Shown in pieces: positions 52,365 through 61,653 of a DNA stretch of 64,000 bases (its first letter is position 1; each line of letters begins with the position of its first letter). Made by a program: the position numbers and the translations under genes. The DNA lies in contig NZ_JMCB01000004.1 of assembly GCF_000737315.1 (NCBI RefSeq), forward strand, positions 310,001 to 374,000, in the 5' to 3' direction. This DNA is from Hyalangium minutum. GTDB taxonomy: Bacteria > Myxococcota > Myxococcia > Myxococcales > Myxococcaceae. Below the pieces are notes generated by a model. That model saw only the letters and a program-made list of their open reading frames with translations, did not search any database and was not told where the DNA came from.

Positions 52365-53534
52365 ATGCCTACCTCGATACCCCTCCTCTTCGATGGCCGC
52401 GCGTGGGCCGATGGGCGTGCAATGGCGTTGCTGGAGCAGTTGCGACGCTCTGGCTCTGTCGTCCACATTCCGGATGACGCGGCGTGGGCGGTGCTCGGGC
52501 ACGCCGAGGCGGTGGAGGTGCTGACCCATCCCGAGACGTACTCGTCGGCGTGGGGCACGGGCGTTCGATCGAAGCACGATGGAGCGCCTTCTCCGGAGCT
52601 CCTCTCGCTGAACCTGTCGGATCCGCCGCTCCACACCGCACTCCGCCGTGCTGTCGCGCAGGTGTTCACTCCGGCCCGGCTCTCTCAGCTCACAGAGGGT
52701 CTCACGCAGCGCGTGCGCGAGGCGCTGAGCTCGCTCCAAGAGCGGGGCGGGGACTTCGTCACGGAGGTGGCCCAACCGGTGGCGCTCGGCACTTTCGGGG
52801 AGTGGCTGTCACTGGAGGGCAGGGAGCTTCAGGAACTGGGCCACCTCAGCCGGAGGCTGGCTCGCGCAGAGGATTTGCACCCGGGCGAGCACGCTCAGGC
52901 CTACGAGGAGTGGCGCTCGGCGGATGAAGCGGTCCAGGCCGTTCTTCGTGAGGGCTTGCGTCAGGGACGCTCGGGGATTTTCTGGGAACTGGCTCGCGAG
53001 GTCCGTCTCAACGGTGCACCGCTGGAAGAGCGTGACGCCCTCTACCTGCTGCGCCTCATCGTGCAGACCGGGCACGAGACGACCGCCCATGCGCTCAGCG
53101 GCGCGTTGCATGCGCTGCTCACCCAGGCGGTGGAGTTCGAGGGACTCGATACACTCACGGCCACCGAGGAACTGCTGCGGTGGACCACCCCGATCATCCG
53201 CTTCGGCCGGCGCGTCACGCACCCAGCCTCGCTCGGCGGTGTGGCGCTGGCGCCCGGCACGCGCGTCATCGTCTTCTTCTCCGCCGTGAACCGGGACCCC
53301 GCCGTTTTCCCAGAGCCGGACCGGCTCGTGTTCGGACGCCGGCCCAATCCTCACCTGGCCTTTGGCGCAGGACCCCACACCTGTATGGGTGCGGTGCTGG
53401 CGCGGATGCAGCTGCGAGCCCTCGTCGAGGCGCTGCGTGAAGGGCCTCGGCTGCGCCTGGTGGGGGAGCCTCGGCGGCTGATCTCCGCGGTCACCTCGGG
53501 CTTCGCGTCATTGCCAGTGACGGGGCGGGAGTGA
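52365..53534 (+). CDS. Cytochrome P450
   Basis: SDPPLHT, TGHETT, EELLR, FGAGPHTCMG heme motif. Confidence 0.93.
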   Translation: MPTSIPLLFDGRAWADGRAMALLEQLRRSGSVVHIPDDAAWAVLGHAEAVEVLTHPETYSSAWGTGVRSKHDGAPSPELLSLNLSDPPLHTALRRAVAQVFTPARLSQLTEGLTQRVREALSSLQERGGDFVTEVAQPVALGTFGEWLSLEGRELQELGHLSRRLARAEDLHPGEHAQAYEEWRSADEAVQAVLREGLRQGRSGIFWELAREVRLNGAPLEERDALYLLRLIVQTGHETTAHALSGALHALLTQAVEFEGLDTLTATEELLRWTTPIIRFGRRVTHPASLGGVALAPGTRVIVFFSAVNRDPAVFPEPDRLVFGRRPNPHLAFGAGPHTCMGAVLARMQLRALVEALREGPRLRLVGEPRRLISAVTSGFASLPVTGRE

Positions 53535-53611
53535 GCCTTTCCGGGCGAGTGCTTGGCCCCTTTCTGACTTCGTCCTATAGAAAACCCATCCAGCTTCCAG
53601 GGAGCCCGCCC

Positions 53612-54046
53612 ATGACCGAGCCCAAGTCCCCGCCGCAGCGCAACTGGGAGAACGTGCGCGCCAAGCTCCTGGACGATCCCGACACCCAGCGCATTGCCCG
53701 CTCCCTGGACATGAAGCTGGAGGACTACGTGGATCTGGTGATCCACTACGCCCAGAACCCGGACGAGGAGCCCCAGCTCCTGGTGGCGGAGGATGAGGAT
53801 CTCCGCGCGGCCGGCTACAACCCTCCCGCCCCCGAGCAGGTCGCCGAGTTCTTCCTGGCCGGTGCCCGAGGCGAGCTGGGCCTGGGCGAGCCCGCGTCCT
53901 ACAAGACCGGGTACGAGCCCACGCCGGAGCGCTCCGGCAAGCCCTCGCTCCGGGGAGACGAGAACCAGGAGCCTGTGGCCACCAACGAGGAGGCGCGCGC
54001 GGCCCTGCTCAAAGACATCCCCAAGGGCGGCCCCGACCGCGTGTAG
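53612..54046 (+). CDS. Acidic hypothetical protein
   Basis: ATG 53612 with GGAG RBS; high-GC3 codon usage; no recognisable motif. Confidence 0.7.
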   Translation: MTEPKSPPQRNWENVRAKLLDDPDTQRIARSLDMKLEDYVDLVIHYAQNPDEEPQLLVAEDEDLRAAGYNPPAPEQVAEFFLAGARGELGLGEPASYKTGYEPTPERSGKPSLRGDENQEPVATNEEARAALLKDIPKGGPDRV

Positions 54047-54092
54047 GTGATACGCAACAGAAACTCACACTCAGAGATAATTCCCCTGTAGG

Positions 54093-54107
54093 CCCCACAC
54101 TGTGGGG
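54093..54107. promoter_or_regulatory. Perfect 15-bp palindrome, candidate operator
   Basis: CCCCACA-C-TGTGGGG in an AT-richer intergenic region about 55 nt upstream of ATG 54161. Confidence 0.35.
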
Positions 54108-54160
54108 ACATTCCAAAAATTCTCTCGGAGTGAAACCGGGAGCAGCGCAGGGGTTTAACT

Positions 54161-54808
54161 ATGGGAGTTGGAGGCGCGAGCGGATCCAGTGGTGGCAGCC
54201 GGGGTGCGAGTGGTGCGAGTGGTGCGAGTCGGGGGGCCAGCGGCACCAGCGGCACCAGCGCGAGCAAGAGCACCAGCGCGAGCAAGAGCACCAGCGCGAG
54301 CAAGAGCACCAGCGCGGCCAGCGCGGTGGGCAAGGCGGCCACTGGCATCGGCAGTGCCGTGAGCGGGATTGGCAAGGCCATTGGCAACGCGGTGAGCGGC
54401 ATCGGCAAGGCCGTGGGCAGCGCCGCTCGCGGGTTGAGCTCGGCCGCGGGCAAGGTCTCCAGCGCCCTGGGCCGCGTCTCTGGCCTCGTGCAGAAGGGGC
54501 TCAGCGCCCTGACGTCGCCCATCAAGGGACTGGTGGGCAAGGCGCTCGACAAGATGCCCTTCGGCATCGGCCAGCTGGCCAAGCCGTTCGCCAACAAGTT
54601 CCTCGATCACGCGCTGTCCATGGTGGCCGGCGGGCCGCTGGGCGGTGTGGCCTCGATGTTTGGCGCGGCCTCCAGCGTGGGCAAGCTGGCGGACATGGTG
54701 GACACCGTGCGCAAGAGCGCGGACATCGTGGGGGATGTGGCTGAGGGCAAGTTCAATGCCCAGCAGCTGGCCGCGTTCGCTCAGTCCAAGCTGATGAAGG
54801 GGCTGTAA
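54161..54808 (+). CDS. Gly/Ser/Ala-rich protein with amphipathic helical repeats
   Basis: Low-complexity N-terminus, GIGSAVSGIGKAIGNAVSGIGKAVG 11-mer-like periodicity, no signal peptide. Confidence 0.7.
   Translation: MGVGGASGSSGGSRGASGASGASRGASGTSGTSASKSTSASKSTSASKSTSAASAVGKAATGIGSAVSGIGKAIGNAVSGIGKAVGSAARGLSSAAGKVSSALGRVSGLVQKGLSALTSPIKGLVGKALDKMPFGIGQLAKPFANKFLDHALSMVAGGPLGGVASMFGAASSVGKLADMVDTVRKSADIVGDVAEGKFNAQQLAAFAQSKLMKGL
54263..54316 (+). repeat. Intragenic tandem repeat, 3 x 18 bp (SKSTSA)
   Basis: AGCAAGAGCACCAGCGCG perfect copies at 54263, 54281, 54299; preceded by 9-bp GGTGCGAGT and AGCGGCACC repeats. Confidence 0.9.
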
Positions 54809-54832
54809 GCCCCTCCAGGGTCCCTCCGAGTC

Positions 54833-55750
54833 CTACAAGGACTGAGGGATCTCGGCGAGCGGCGGGAAGCCCCATCGCTCGCGCTCCGCATCCTTCACGC
54901 TCGGATCCACGGGGTACAGGCGCATCTGCTTCGTGGCCTTGTCGAGCGTGTACTGGGTGCCGAAGCGCTGGGGCTGCTCGGCCTTCATTAGCCAGCGGTC
55001 CCATGCCGCTGCGGTCAGCCAGAGCCCCATGGGGTGGCCCTTGCGTGCGGCCTCGGCCGCCAGCTCGCGCGCTTTGGCGAAGTCCTCGAGGGTGTCTCCA
55101 TGCTGGAAGACGAGCGCCGCGGCCAGGAAGTCCGCGCCCGTCTTCGCCGCTCCTGCGGCCAGCAGCTCGGTGACCCGCTGACGGCGCTGACGATCCCGCT
55201 CGGAGACCTTCTTCCAGTCGTCGGGGCCCAAGCCGTTGCCGCGGCGGTCCTGCTGATCGTCCTCCCCAATCTGGATCAGCTCGGGGTTGGAGCCTTCATT
55301 CTTCACGGGGACAGGGAGCGTGGGGATGCGAGCCAGCAGCGCGGCAAAGGCCGGCTCGCCGTGGATCGAGGAGAGATCCGTGTCCTGCTTCATCCACGCC
55401 ACATCGCGGAAGCCGAGCTCCACGGAGCGCTCCAGCCAGGTCATCGCCTCGCTCTTGCGCCCGATCAAGGCCGAGGCGCACGCGGCGCTGTAGGCGACGT
55501 TCTCCCGCTTATCCCCCGCGTCCCAGGCCTGCTGGTACAGCGCGAGTGCCTGCTCATGCGCTTTCTCTTCCATCAGCTTGTCGGCGCGGCGGATCAACTG
55601 GGTTCCCGGCGGAGGCGCGGCGGGCGGCTCCATGAAGGGGAGCGAGGGCCCCGAGGCATTCGCCGTCGTGGACGAGGAAGTGGAGGGAGTGGCCGGTGCC
55701 GTCGCGCAGGCCATCGTCAGGAACAGGAGGCAGGAGAACAGTTGGCGCAT
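54833..55750 (-). CDS. Putative lipoprotein with TPR-like repeat and helical C-terminal domain
   Basis: Lipobox TMAC; AYSAACASAL...AMTWLERSVELGF...DTDL; DQQDR...FQHG...AAWDR..QRFGTQ. Confidence 0.7.
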   Translation of the reverse strand: MRQLFSCLLFLTMACATAPATPSTSSSTTANASGPSLPFMEPPAAPPPGTQLIRRADKLMEEKAHEQALALYQQAWDAGDKRENVAYSAACASALIGRKSEAMTWLERSVELGFRDVAWMKQDTDLSSIHGEPAFAALLARIPTLPVPVKNEGSNPELIQIGEDDQQDRRGNGLGPDDWKKVSERDRQRRQRVTELLAAGAAKTGADFLAAALVFQHGDTLEDFAKARELAAEAARKGHPMGLWLTAAAWDRWLMKAEQPQRFGTQYTLDKATKQMRLYPVDPSVKDAERERWGFPPLAEIPQSL

Positions 55751-56230
55751 GGCTGCGCCTTATACTGGTGCTTCCCGCCTCGCGTCTTGATCACTCGAAG
55801 CAGTGACAGGCGTCGTCGTCTGCTTCGCGGTCGCCGCGCTGATTGCGCGGAACGAGTTCCTGAGCGTGGGCCCCCGGATGGAGACCGAGGCCACGCTGCT
55901 GGGGTGCTGCAGGTGGAAGCCGCTCAGTGAGCGACATCTCCGCTCAGCCCGTGTGAACGTCACACATGGAGACTGTGGCTCGGCTCCACGGCTGTGGCGG
56001 CGCTCCCCGTTGCCAGATTGTCCCTCTGCGGCGCGGCGCATCCCACGAATGACACGGAGTCTCCCGTTCGTGAAAACGCATCCGTGTCTCGCGCGCGGCA
56101 ACGGCGTGGAAGTGCATGACTTTCCTCGGGGCCTCTTTCGCGCCTCCTGCCGCTCGGGGCTTCACGGTGCTGGCTCGCGCCTTGCTCTGTGAGGGGGAGC
56201 GTGCACGACGCACGCTCTCAGGAGGCCGTC

Positions 56231-56344
56231 ATGTTCCGCTCGCAGACCCAGAACGACACCAACCCCTTCATCGTCATGTGCTCCGTGCTCGCATTCCACT
56301 GCATCGGCTGCGTGTTCCTGCTCATCGACTCCATCCGTCCATGA
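56231..56344 (+). CDS. Small single-pass membrane protein (37 aa, not in ORF track)
   Basis: GGAGG (56221-56225) 5 nt before ATG; MFRSQTQNDTNPFIVMCSVLAFHCIGCVFLLIDSIRP*; nearly all codons end in G/C. Confidence 0.7.
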   Translation: MFRSQTQNDTNPFIVMCSVLAFHCIGCVFLLIDSIRP

Positions 56345-56359
56345 GCGGGGCCCAGTGCG

Positions 56360-56406
56360 CAGAAAAGACAACGCGCCGGGGTGAGCGTGAGAGCACCCCG
56401 GCGCGT
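56360..56406 (-). terminator. Intrinsic terminator hairpin between convergent genes
   Basis: Perfect 13-bp stem ACGCGCCGGGGTG / CACCCCGGCGCGT with a minus-strand T-rich tail (TGTCTTTTCT). Confidence 0.7.
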
Positions 56407-56472
56407 CGGGACTTTGGAGGGGAAACCTCCTCCGCCCTGGGAGAATGTCCCAGAAACGCCGCAGACTTTTTT

Positions 56473-56997
56473 CTATTCCTGGCGCAGCGCTTCGGTGGGA
56501 TCAGCTTGTGTTGCCCGGCGCGCGGGCAGCCATGCTGCGAACAGTGCCACTCCGGTCAGAAACACCGGGACCATCAAGAAGGAGAGGGGATCTGTCGCGC
56601 TGACGCCGTAGATCAAACTCTCCAGTAACCGTGAACCCGCCCAGGCCACGCCCAGCCCCAGCCCGATCCCCTCGAGCGCGGGCGTCAGCTCCTGGTGAAG
56701 CGTGAGACGCAGCACGTCACTGGGCTGAGCCCCCAGCGCCATGCGGATGCCGATCTCCCGCGTGCGCTGCGCGGCCACCTGCGACAGCACGCCGTAGATG
56801 CCCAGCGCCGCCAGCAGCAGCGCTATCCCCGCGAAGCCTCCCAGCAGGACCATGTGCACGCGCGGCTTCGCCACCGCGTGATCTCCCCATAGGACCACCA
56901 GCCGCTCGGGCTCAGGGAGGGGCAGGGGGCGCAGCACCTTGCACGCGGTGGGCATGGCCAGGAACAAGGCCGCGACGACCCAGTAACGAGATGCCAT
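56473..56997 (-). pseudogene. Internally deleted ADOP/FtsX-type ABC permease
   Basis: N-terminal 'VLRPLPLPEPERLVVLW' fused near 56880 to C-terminal 'PRVHMVLLGGFAGIALLLAALGIYGV...RTREIGIRMALGA...ARRATQADP'; only 174 aa versus the 809-aa paralogue at 59218. Confidence 0.75.
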
Positions 56998-57158
56998 CAG
57001 ACGCCCTCCAGATCGGGGAGGGTTCAAGTGAGTCGACGCCCACTCCTCACAGGGGAAGTGTCCGTTTCTGGGACGACGCTTTCCGCAATCGAGCAGCCCC
57101 ATCTCCGGTAGCAGGACAATCCCCAGGAGTTTCGGTAGGTTGGAGTCTTCCTCGGCAT

Positions 57159-57173
57159 TGGCACAGCATTCGC
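57159..57173 (+). promoter_or_regulatory. Candidate sigma54 promoter of the efflux operon
   Basis: TGGCACAGCATTCGC (GG-N10-GC); imperfect palindrome TGTCC-N7-GGACG at 57059-57075 as possible enhancer; predicted TSS only about 3 nt before the GTG, which is a caveat. Confidence 0.45.
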
Positions 57174-57187
57174 TCAAGGAACTCGCC

Positions 57188-58432
57188 GTGGACATCCCTC
57201 GGACTCGCAAACCCAATCGCAAACCCTGGATCTTCGGAACCGTGGGGGTGGTGGCGCTCGCGGCGGTGACACTGGGCCTGTCGCAGCTCCGGGCCGCCGC
57301 GCCCACCGTGGAGCGGGGCAGCGTGTGGCTGGACAGCGTGAAGCGCGGGCCCATGCTCCGGCAGGTGAAGGGGGCGGGCACGCTCGTGCCCGAGTACATC
57401 CGCTGGCTCACCGCCGACACCGCGGGCCGCGTCGAGCGCATCCACGTGCGCCCCGGTGCTCCCGTGCAGGCGGACACCCTGCTGCTGGAGCTGTCCAACC
57501 CGGACGTGCAGCTCCAGGCGCTCGAGGCCGAGCGGCAGCTCGCCAGCGCCGAGGCCGAGCTCATCGCCCTGCGCACCACGCTGGAGACGCAGCGCATCTC
57601 CCAGGAGGCCGCCCTCGCCACCCTGCAGGCTGAGTCCTCCAATGCCGGCCGCCAGGCCCAGGCCACGGTGGCGCTGCTGGATCGTTCGTTCGTCCCCACG
57701 CTGGAGGCCCAGCAGACCCGGGAGAAGGCCGGGGAGTTGAGCACCCGCCTGGAGCTCGAGCGCCGGCGGCTGGCCGTGCTCAACGCCAGCACCAAGGAGC
57801 AACTGGCGGCGCAGCAGGGACAGATCGAGCGATTGAAAGCGGTGGCCCGGTTCCGCCGTACACAGGTGGAGTCCATGCAGGTGAAGGCCGGGGAGACCGG
57901 GGTGCTGACGGAGCTGCCGCTGGAGCTGGGCCAATGGGTGACGCCGGGCACGGTGCTGGCCAAGGTGGTCAAGCCCGAGCGCCTGAAGGCGGAGCTGCGC
58001 ATCGCGGAGACGCAGGCGCGGGACATTCAAGTCGGCCAGCGCGCCCAGGTGGACACGCGCAACGGGGTGGTAGAGGGCACGGTGTCTCGTGTGGCCCCCG
58101 CGGCGAGCCAGGGCACGGTGCGGGTGGAGGTGACGCTGCCGGACGAGCTGCCCAAGGGCGCGCGGCCGGACCTGACGGTGGAGGGGACGGTGGAGCTGGA
58201 GCGGCTGGGAGACGTGCTCTTCGTCGGCCGGCCTGCGGGCGCACAGCCAAACTCCACCATGTCCCTCTTCCGGCTGATGCCGGGCAGCGACGAGGCGGTG
58301 CGGATTCCAGTACAGCTCGGCCGGGGCTCGGTGAACTCCATTGAAGTGGTGCAGGGCCTTACCGAGGGGGATCAGGTGGTCCTCTCGGACATGACCGTGT
58401 GGGACGCGGTGGATCGGGTACGAGTGCGATGA
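57188..58432 (+). CDS. Efflux periplasmic adaptor (MacA/HlyD-like)
   Basis: GTG 57188 MDIPR, TM anchor, VKRGPMLRQVKGAGTLVP, coiled coil, GDQVVLSD. Confidence 0.9.
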   Translation: MDIPRTRKPNRKPWIFGTVGVVALAAVTLGLSQLRAAAPTVERGSVWLDSVKRGPMLRQVKGAGTLVPEYIRWLTADTAGRVERIHVRPGAPVQADTLLLELSNPDVQLQALEAERQLASAEAELIALRTTLETQRISQEAALATLQAESSNAGRQAQATVALLDRSFVPTLEAQQTREKAGELSTRLELERRRLAVLNASTKEQLAAQQGQIERLKAVARFRRTQVESMQVKAGETGVLTELPLELGQWVTPGTVLAKVVKPERLKAELRIAETQARDIQVGQRAQVDTRNGVVEGTVSRVAPAASQGTVRVEVTLPDELPKGARPDLTVEGTVELERLGDVLFVGRPAGAQPNSTMSLFRLMPGSDEAVRIPVQLGRGSVNSIEVVQGLTEGDQVVLSDMTVWDAVDRVRVR

Positions 58433-59196
58433 ATACGACGGTTTCGGAGCGCGCGAAGGAGCAGGGCGCGGCGGTGACGGCGGCCGCCCATTCCTCGGAG
58501 GTGGTGCCGCAGAAGGCGCTCATCCAGTTGGAGGGAGTGACCAAGGTCTTCGAGACCGAGGAGGTGGAGACGCACGCCCTCTCCGACGTGCACCTCTCCG
58601 TGAAGCCCGGCGAGTGGCTCTCCATCGTAGGCCCTTCCGGCTCCGGGAAGACGACGCTGCTGGCGGTGCTGGGCCTGCTGGACACGGCCAGCCGGGGCAC
58701 CTACCTGCTGGACGGCAAGTCCGTGTTGGACTTGTCCCCCACGGAGCGGGCGCTGGTGCGCAACCGGCACATCGGCTTCATCTTCCAGAGCTTCAACCTG
58801 ATCGGCGATCTGTCCGTCTACGAGAACGTGGAGCTGCCGCTCACGTACCGGGGCATGCCGGCGGATGAGCGCAAGGCGCGCGTGGAGAAGGCGCTGGAGC
58901 GCGTGGGCATGAGCCACCGGGCGCGGCACATGCCGGGGCAGCTCTCGGGCGGTCAGCAGCAGCGCGTGGCGGTGGCCCGCGCGGTGGCGGGCGATCCGCT
59001 CATCCTGCTGGCGGACGAGCCCACGGGTAACCTGGACTCGAAGAACGGCGAGTCGGTGATGCAGCTGGTCTCCGAGCTGCACCAGGGCGGCGCCACGCTC
59101 ATCATGGTGACGCACGATCCGGCGCAAGCCCGGCTCGGCACGCGCACGGTGAGCCTGTTCGACGGCCGCGTCGTCCAGGACGAGCGTCTGCGCTAG
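58429..59196 (+). CDS. ABC transporter ATP-binding protein (MacB/LolD-like)
   Basis: [26 protein letters not shown]. Confidence 0.95.
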   Translation: MNTTVSERAKEQGAAVTAAAHSSEVVPQKALIQLEGVTKVFETEEVETHALSDVHLSVKPGEWLSIVGPSGSGKTTLLAVLGLLDTASRGTYLLDGKSVLDLSPTERALVRNRHIGFIFQSFNLIGDLSVYENVELPLTYRGMPADERKARVEKALERVGMSHRARHMPGQLSGGQQQRVAVARAVAGDPLILLADEPTGNLDSKNGESVMQLVSELHQGGATLIMVTHDPAQARLGTRTVSLFDGRVVQDERLR

Positions 59197-59217
59197 GTCC
59201 TCACTGCCTCCTTATAT

Positions 59218-61647
59218 ATGGATCACTTCCTCCAGGACGCGCGTTACGCCCTGCGTGTGCTTCGCAAGAGCCCGGGGTTCGCGCTGGCGGCCATCCTGGC
59301 GCTGGCGCTCGGCATTGGCGCCAACAGCGCCGTCTTCAGCGTGGTGAACGGGGTGCTGCTGCGCCCCATGCCCTTCGCCGAGCCCGAGCGCTTGGTGCGC
59401 CTCTTTGGCAACTTCCACGGCATGGGCCTGGAGCGGATCTCCGTCTCGGTGTTGGAGTACCGGGACTACCGCGAGGTGACGCGGACGCTGGAGTCGGTGG
59501 CGGCCTACATCCAGACCGACATGACGCTCACGGGCCAGGATGTGCCCGAGCGCCTGCGCGCGGTCGCCTCCTCCGCGTCCCTGCTCTCCACGCTGGGCGT
59601 GGTGCCGATGATGGGCCGCACCTTCTCCGAGGAGGAGGAGACGCAGGGCCGCAACCGCGTGGTCCTGCTCACGCACCGGCTGTGGCGCGGGCGCTTCGGG
59701 GCGAGTCCGGAGATCCTCGGGAAGACGCTGACGCTCGACGGTGAGCCCTTCACGGTGGTGGGCGTGCTGCCCTCGGGTTTCGAGTACCCCGCGCAGACGG
59801 ACCTGTACGTGCCCTTTGCCCCCACGCCGGACATGGTGGACCCGGGGGCTCGGGGGAGGCGCTTCCTGAACGTGGTGGCCCGCGTGAAGCCGGGCGTGTT
59901 CGTGGAGGCCGCGCAGCGGGACATGGACCGCGTGGCCGCGCTGTTCGCGGAGACGCACCCGGAGCGGTACCCCCAGCGCGTGGGGTGGGCGATCTCCGTG
60001 GTGTCCATGGAGGAGCAGACGGTGGGCGGGGTGCGCTCCACGCTGTGGGTGCTGCTGGCCGCGGTGGGCTGCGTGCTGCTCATTGCCTGCACCAACGTGG
60101 CGAACCTGCTGCTCGCCCGGGCGGCGGCGCGCGGACGGGAGATCTCCATCCGCGCGGCGCTCGGGGCGGGCCGTGGCCGGCTGGTGACCCAGTTCCTGAC
60201 GGAGAGCCTCGTGCTCTCCCTCGCGGGGGGAGCGCTGGGGTTGCTGCTGGCGATGTGGGGCATGGATGCGCTGCTCGCCCTGGTGGGCGACGGGCTGCCC
60301 CGGGCCGCCGAGGTCCGTCTGGATGGCAGGGTGGTGCTGTTCACCGGCACCCTCTCTGTGTTGACGGGGCTGCTGTTCGGCTTGGCGCCAGCGCTGCAGG
60401 CCAGCCGCGCGGATCTGCACGGGGCGATGCGCGAGGGGGCCCGAGGCACCGGGGGACGGGCCTCGGGGCGCATGCGCTCGGTGCTGGTCGTCTCGCAGGT
60501 GGCGCTCGCGCTGGTGCTGCTGGTGGGGGCGGGGCTGTTTCTGCGCAGCTTCCTCGCGCTGCAGGGCGAGGATGCCGGCTTCGAGCCTCGGGGCGTCCTC
60601 ACCGCGCGGGTGTCGCTGCCCCAGGAGCGCTACGGCGAGCCCTCCAAGCGCGCCGCGGTGATGCAGGAGTTCCTGACGCGGGTGCGCTCCGTGCCCGGCG
60701 TGGAGTCCGCCGGACTGGCCTCGTTGCTGCCGCTCACGGGCCGCTCGGACTGGAGCTTCGACGTCGAGGGCCGCGTCCAGGATCCGAGCGATCCTCCCCG
60801 GCCGGCGGTGGAGTACCGGGCGGTGAGCTCCGGCTACCACAAGGCCCTGCGCATCCCGCTGCTGCGCGGGAGGATGCTCGAGGACTCGGACGGCTTCGAT
60901 GCGCCTCACGCGGTGGTCTTCAGTGAGGCGGCGGCCCGCATCACCTTCCCGGGGGAGGAGGCGGTGGGCAAGCGCATCCGGCTCCGGGGCCAGGGCCCGG
61001 ACGCGCCGTGGGCCACGGTGGTCGGCGTCGTGAAGGACACGAAGGAGTGGGGCCTGGATCAGCCCGCGCGCCCGGTGGCCTACTTCTCGCTGACGCAGCG
61101 CAACCCCATGGGCGCGTACCTCGTGGTGCGCACGCGCCAGGGCGCCGGGGCGCTGCTGGCCTCGCTTCAGGCCGAGCTGCGCGTGGTGGATCGCAACCTG
61201 CCGCTCTACGACGTGGCGCCGATGGAGGCGGTGGTGGATGGCTCGGTGAGCCAGCGCCGCTTCTCCATGTTGCTGCTGGGGCTCTTCGCGGGCGTGGCGG
61301 TGGTGCTGGCGTCGCTCGGCATCTACGGCGTGATTGCGTACACCGTCACGCAGCGCACCCGCGAGCTGGGCATCCGCATGGCGCTGGGCGCTCGGCAGGC
61401 GGACGTGCTCGGGCTGATGGTGGGGCAGGGGATGAGGATGACGCTGCTGGGCGTGGGGCTCGGGTTGGTGCTGGCGCTGGGGCTCGGGCGGCTGCTGAGC
61501 GCGCTCCTGTTCGGGGTGAAGGCGCATGACCCGGTGACGTTCGCTGGGGTGGCTGTGCTCCTGGCGGGCGTGGCGCTCGTGGCCAGCTGGCTGCCCGCTC
61601 GCCGCGCCGCGAAGGTGGATCCTGCCCTTACCCTCCGCTCGGAGTGA
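59218..61647 (+). CDS. ABC permease, ADOP family (duplicated MacB/FtsX)
   Basis: QDARYALR, ALGIGANSAVFS, REISIRAALGA, RELGIRMALGA, ARRAAKVDP. Confidence 0.93.
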   Translation: MDHFLQDARYALRVLRKSPGFALAAILALALGIGANSAVFSVVNGVLLRPMPFAEPERLVRLFGNFHGMGLERISVSVLEYRDYREVTRTLESVAAYIQTDMTLTGQDVPERLRAVASSASLLSTLGVVPMMGRTFSEEEETQGRNRVVLLTHRLWRGRFGASPEILGKTLTLDGEPFTVVGVLPSGFEYPAQTDLYVPFAPTPDMVDPGARGRRFLNVVARVKPGVFVEAAQRDMDRVAALFAETHPERYPQRVGWAISVVSMEEQTVGGVRSTLWVLLAAVGCVLLIACTNVANLLLARAAARGREISIRAALGAGRGRLVTQFLTESLVLSLAGGALGLLLAMWGMDALLALVGDGLPRAAEVRLDGRVVLFTGTLSVLTGLLFGLAPALQASRADLHGAMREGARGTGGRASGRMRSVLVVSQVALALVLLVGAGLFLRSFLALQGEDAGFEPRGVLTARVSLPQERYGEPSKRAAVMQEFLTRVRSVPGVESAGLASLLPLTGRSDWSFDVEGRVQDPSDPPRPAVEYRAVSSGYHKALRIPLLRGRMLEDSDGFDAPHAVVFSEAAARITFPGEEAVGKRIRLRGQGPDAPWATVVGVVKDTKEWGLDQPARPVAYFSLTQRNPMGAYLVVRTRQGAGALLASLQAELRVVDRNLPLYDVAPMEAVVDGSVSQRRFSMLLLGLFAGVAVVLASLGIYGVIAYTVTQRTRELGIRMALGARQADVLGLMVGQGMRMTLLGVGLGLVLALGLGRLLSALLFGVKAHDPVTFAGVAVLLAGVALVASWLPARRAAKVDPALTLRSE

Positions 61648-61653
61648 AGCCTC

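Noticed and set aside
54170-54316. Tandem repeats as a CRISPR array
   Set aside because: Adjacent in-frame repeats without spacers; no cas genes.
55760-56220. Short ORFs in the gap between the TPR lipoprotein and the 37-aa peptide
   Set aside because: No RBS, no host-like codon bias and no recognisable motif in any frame.
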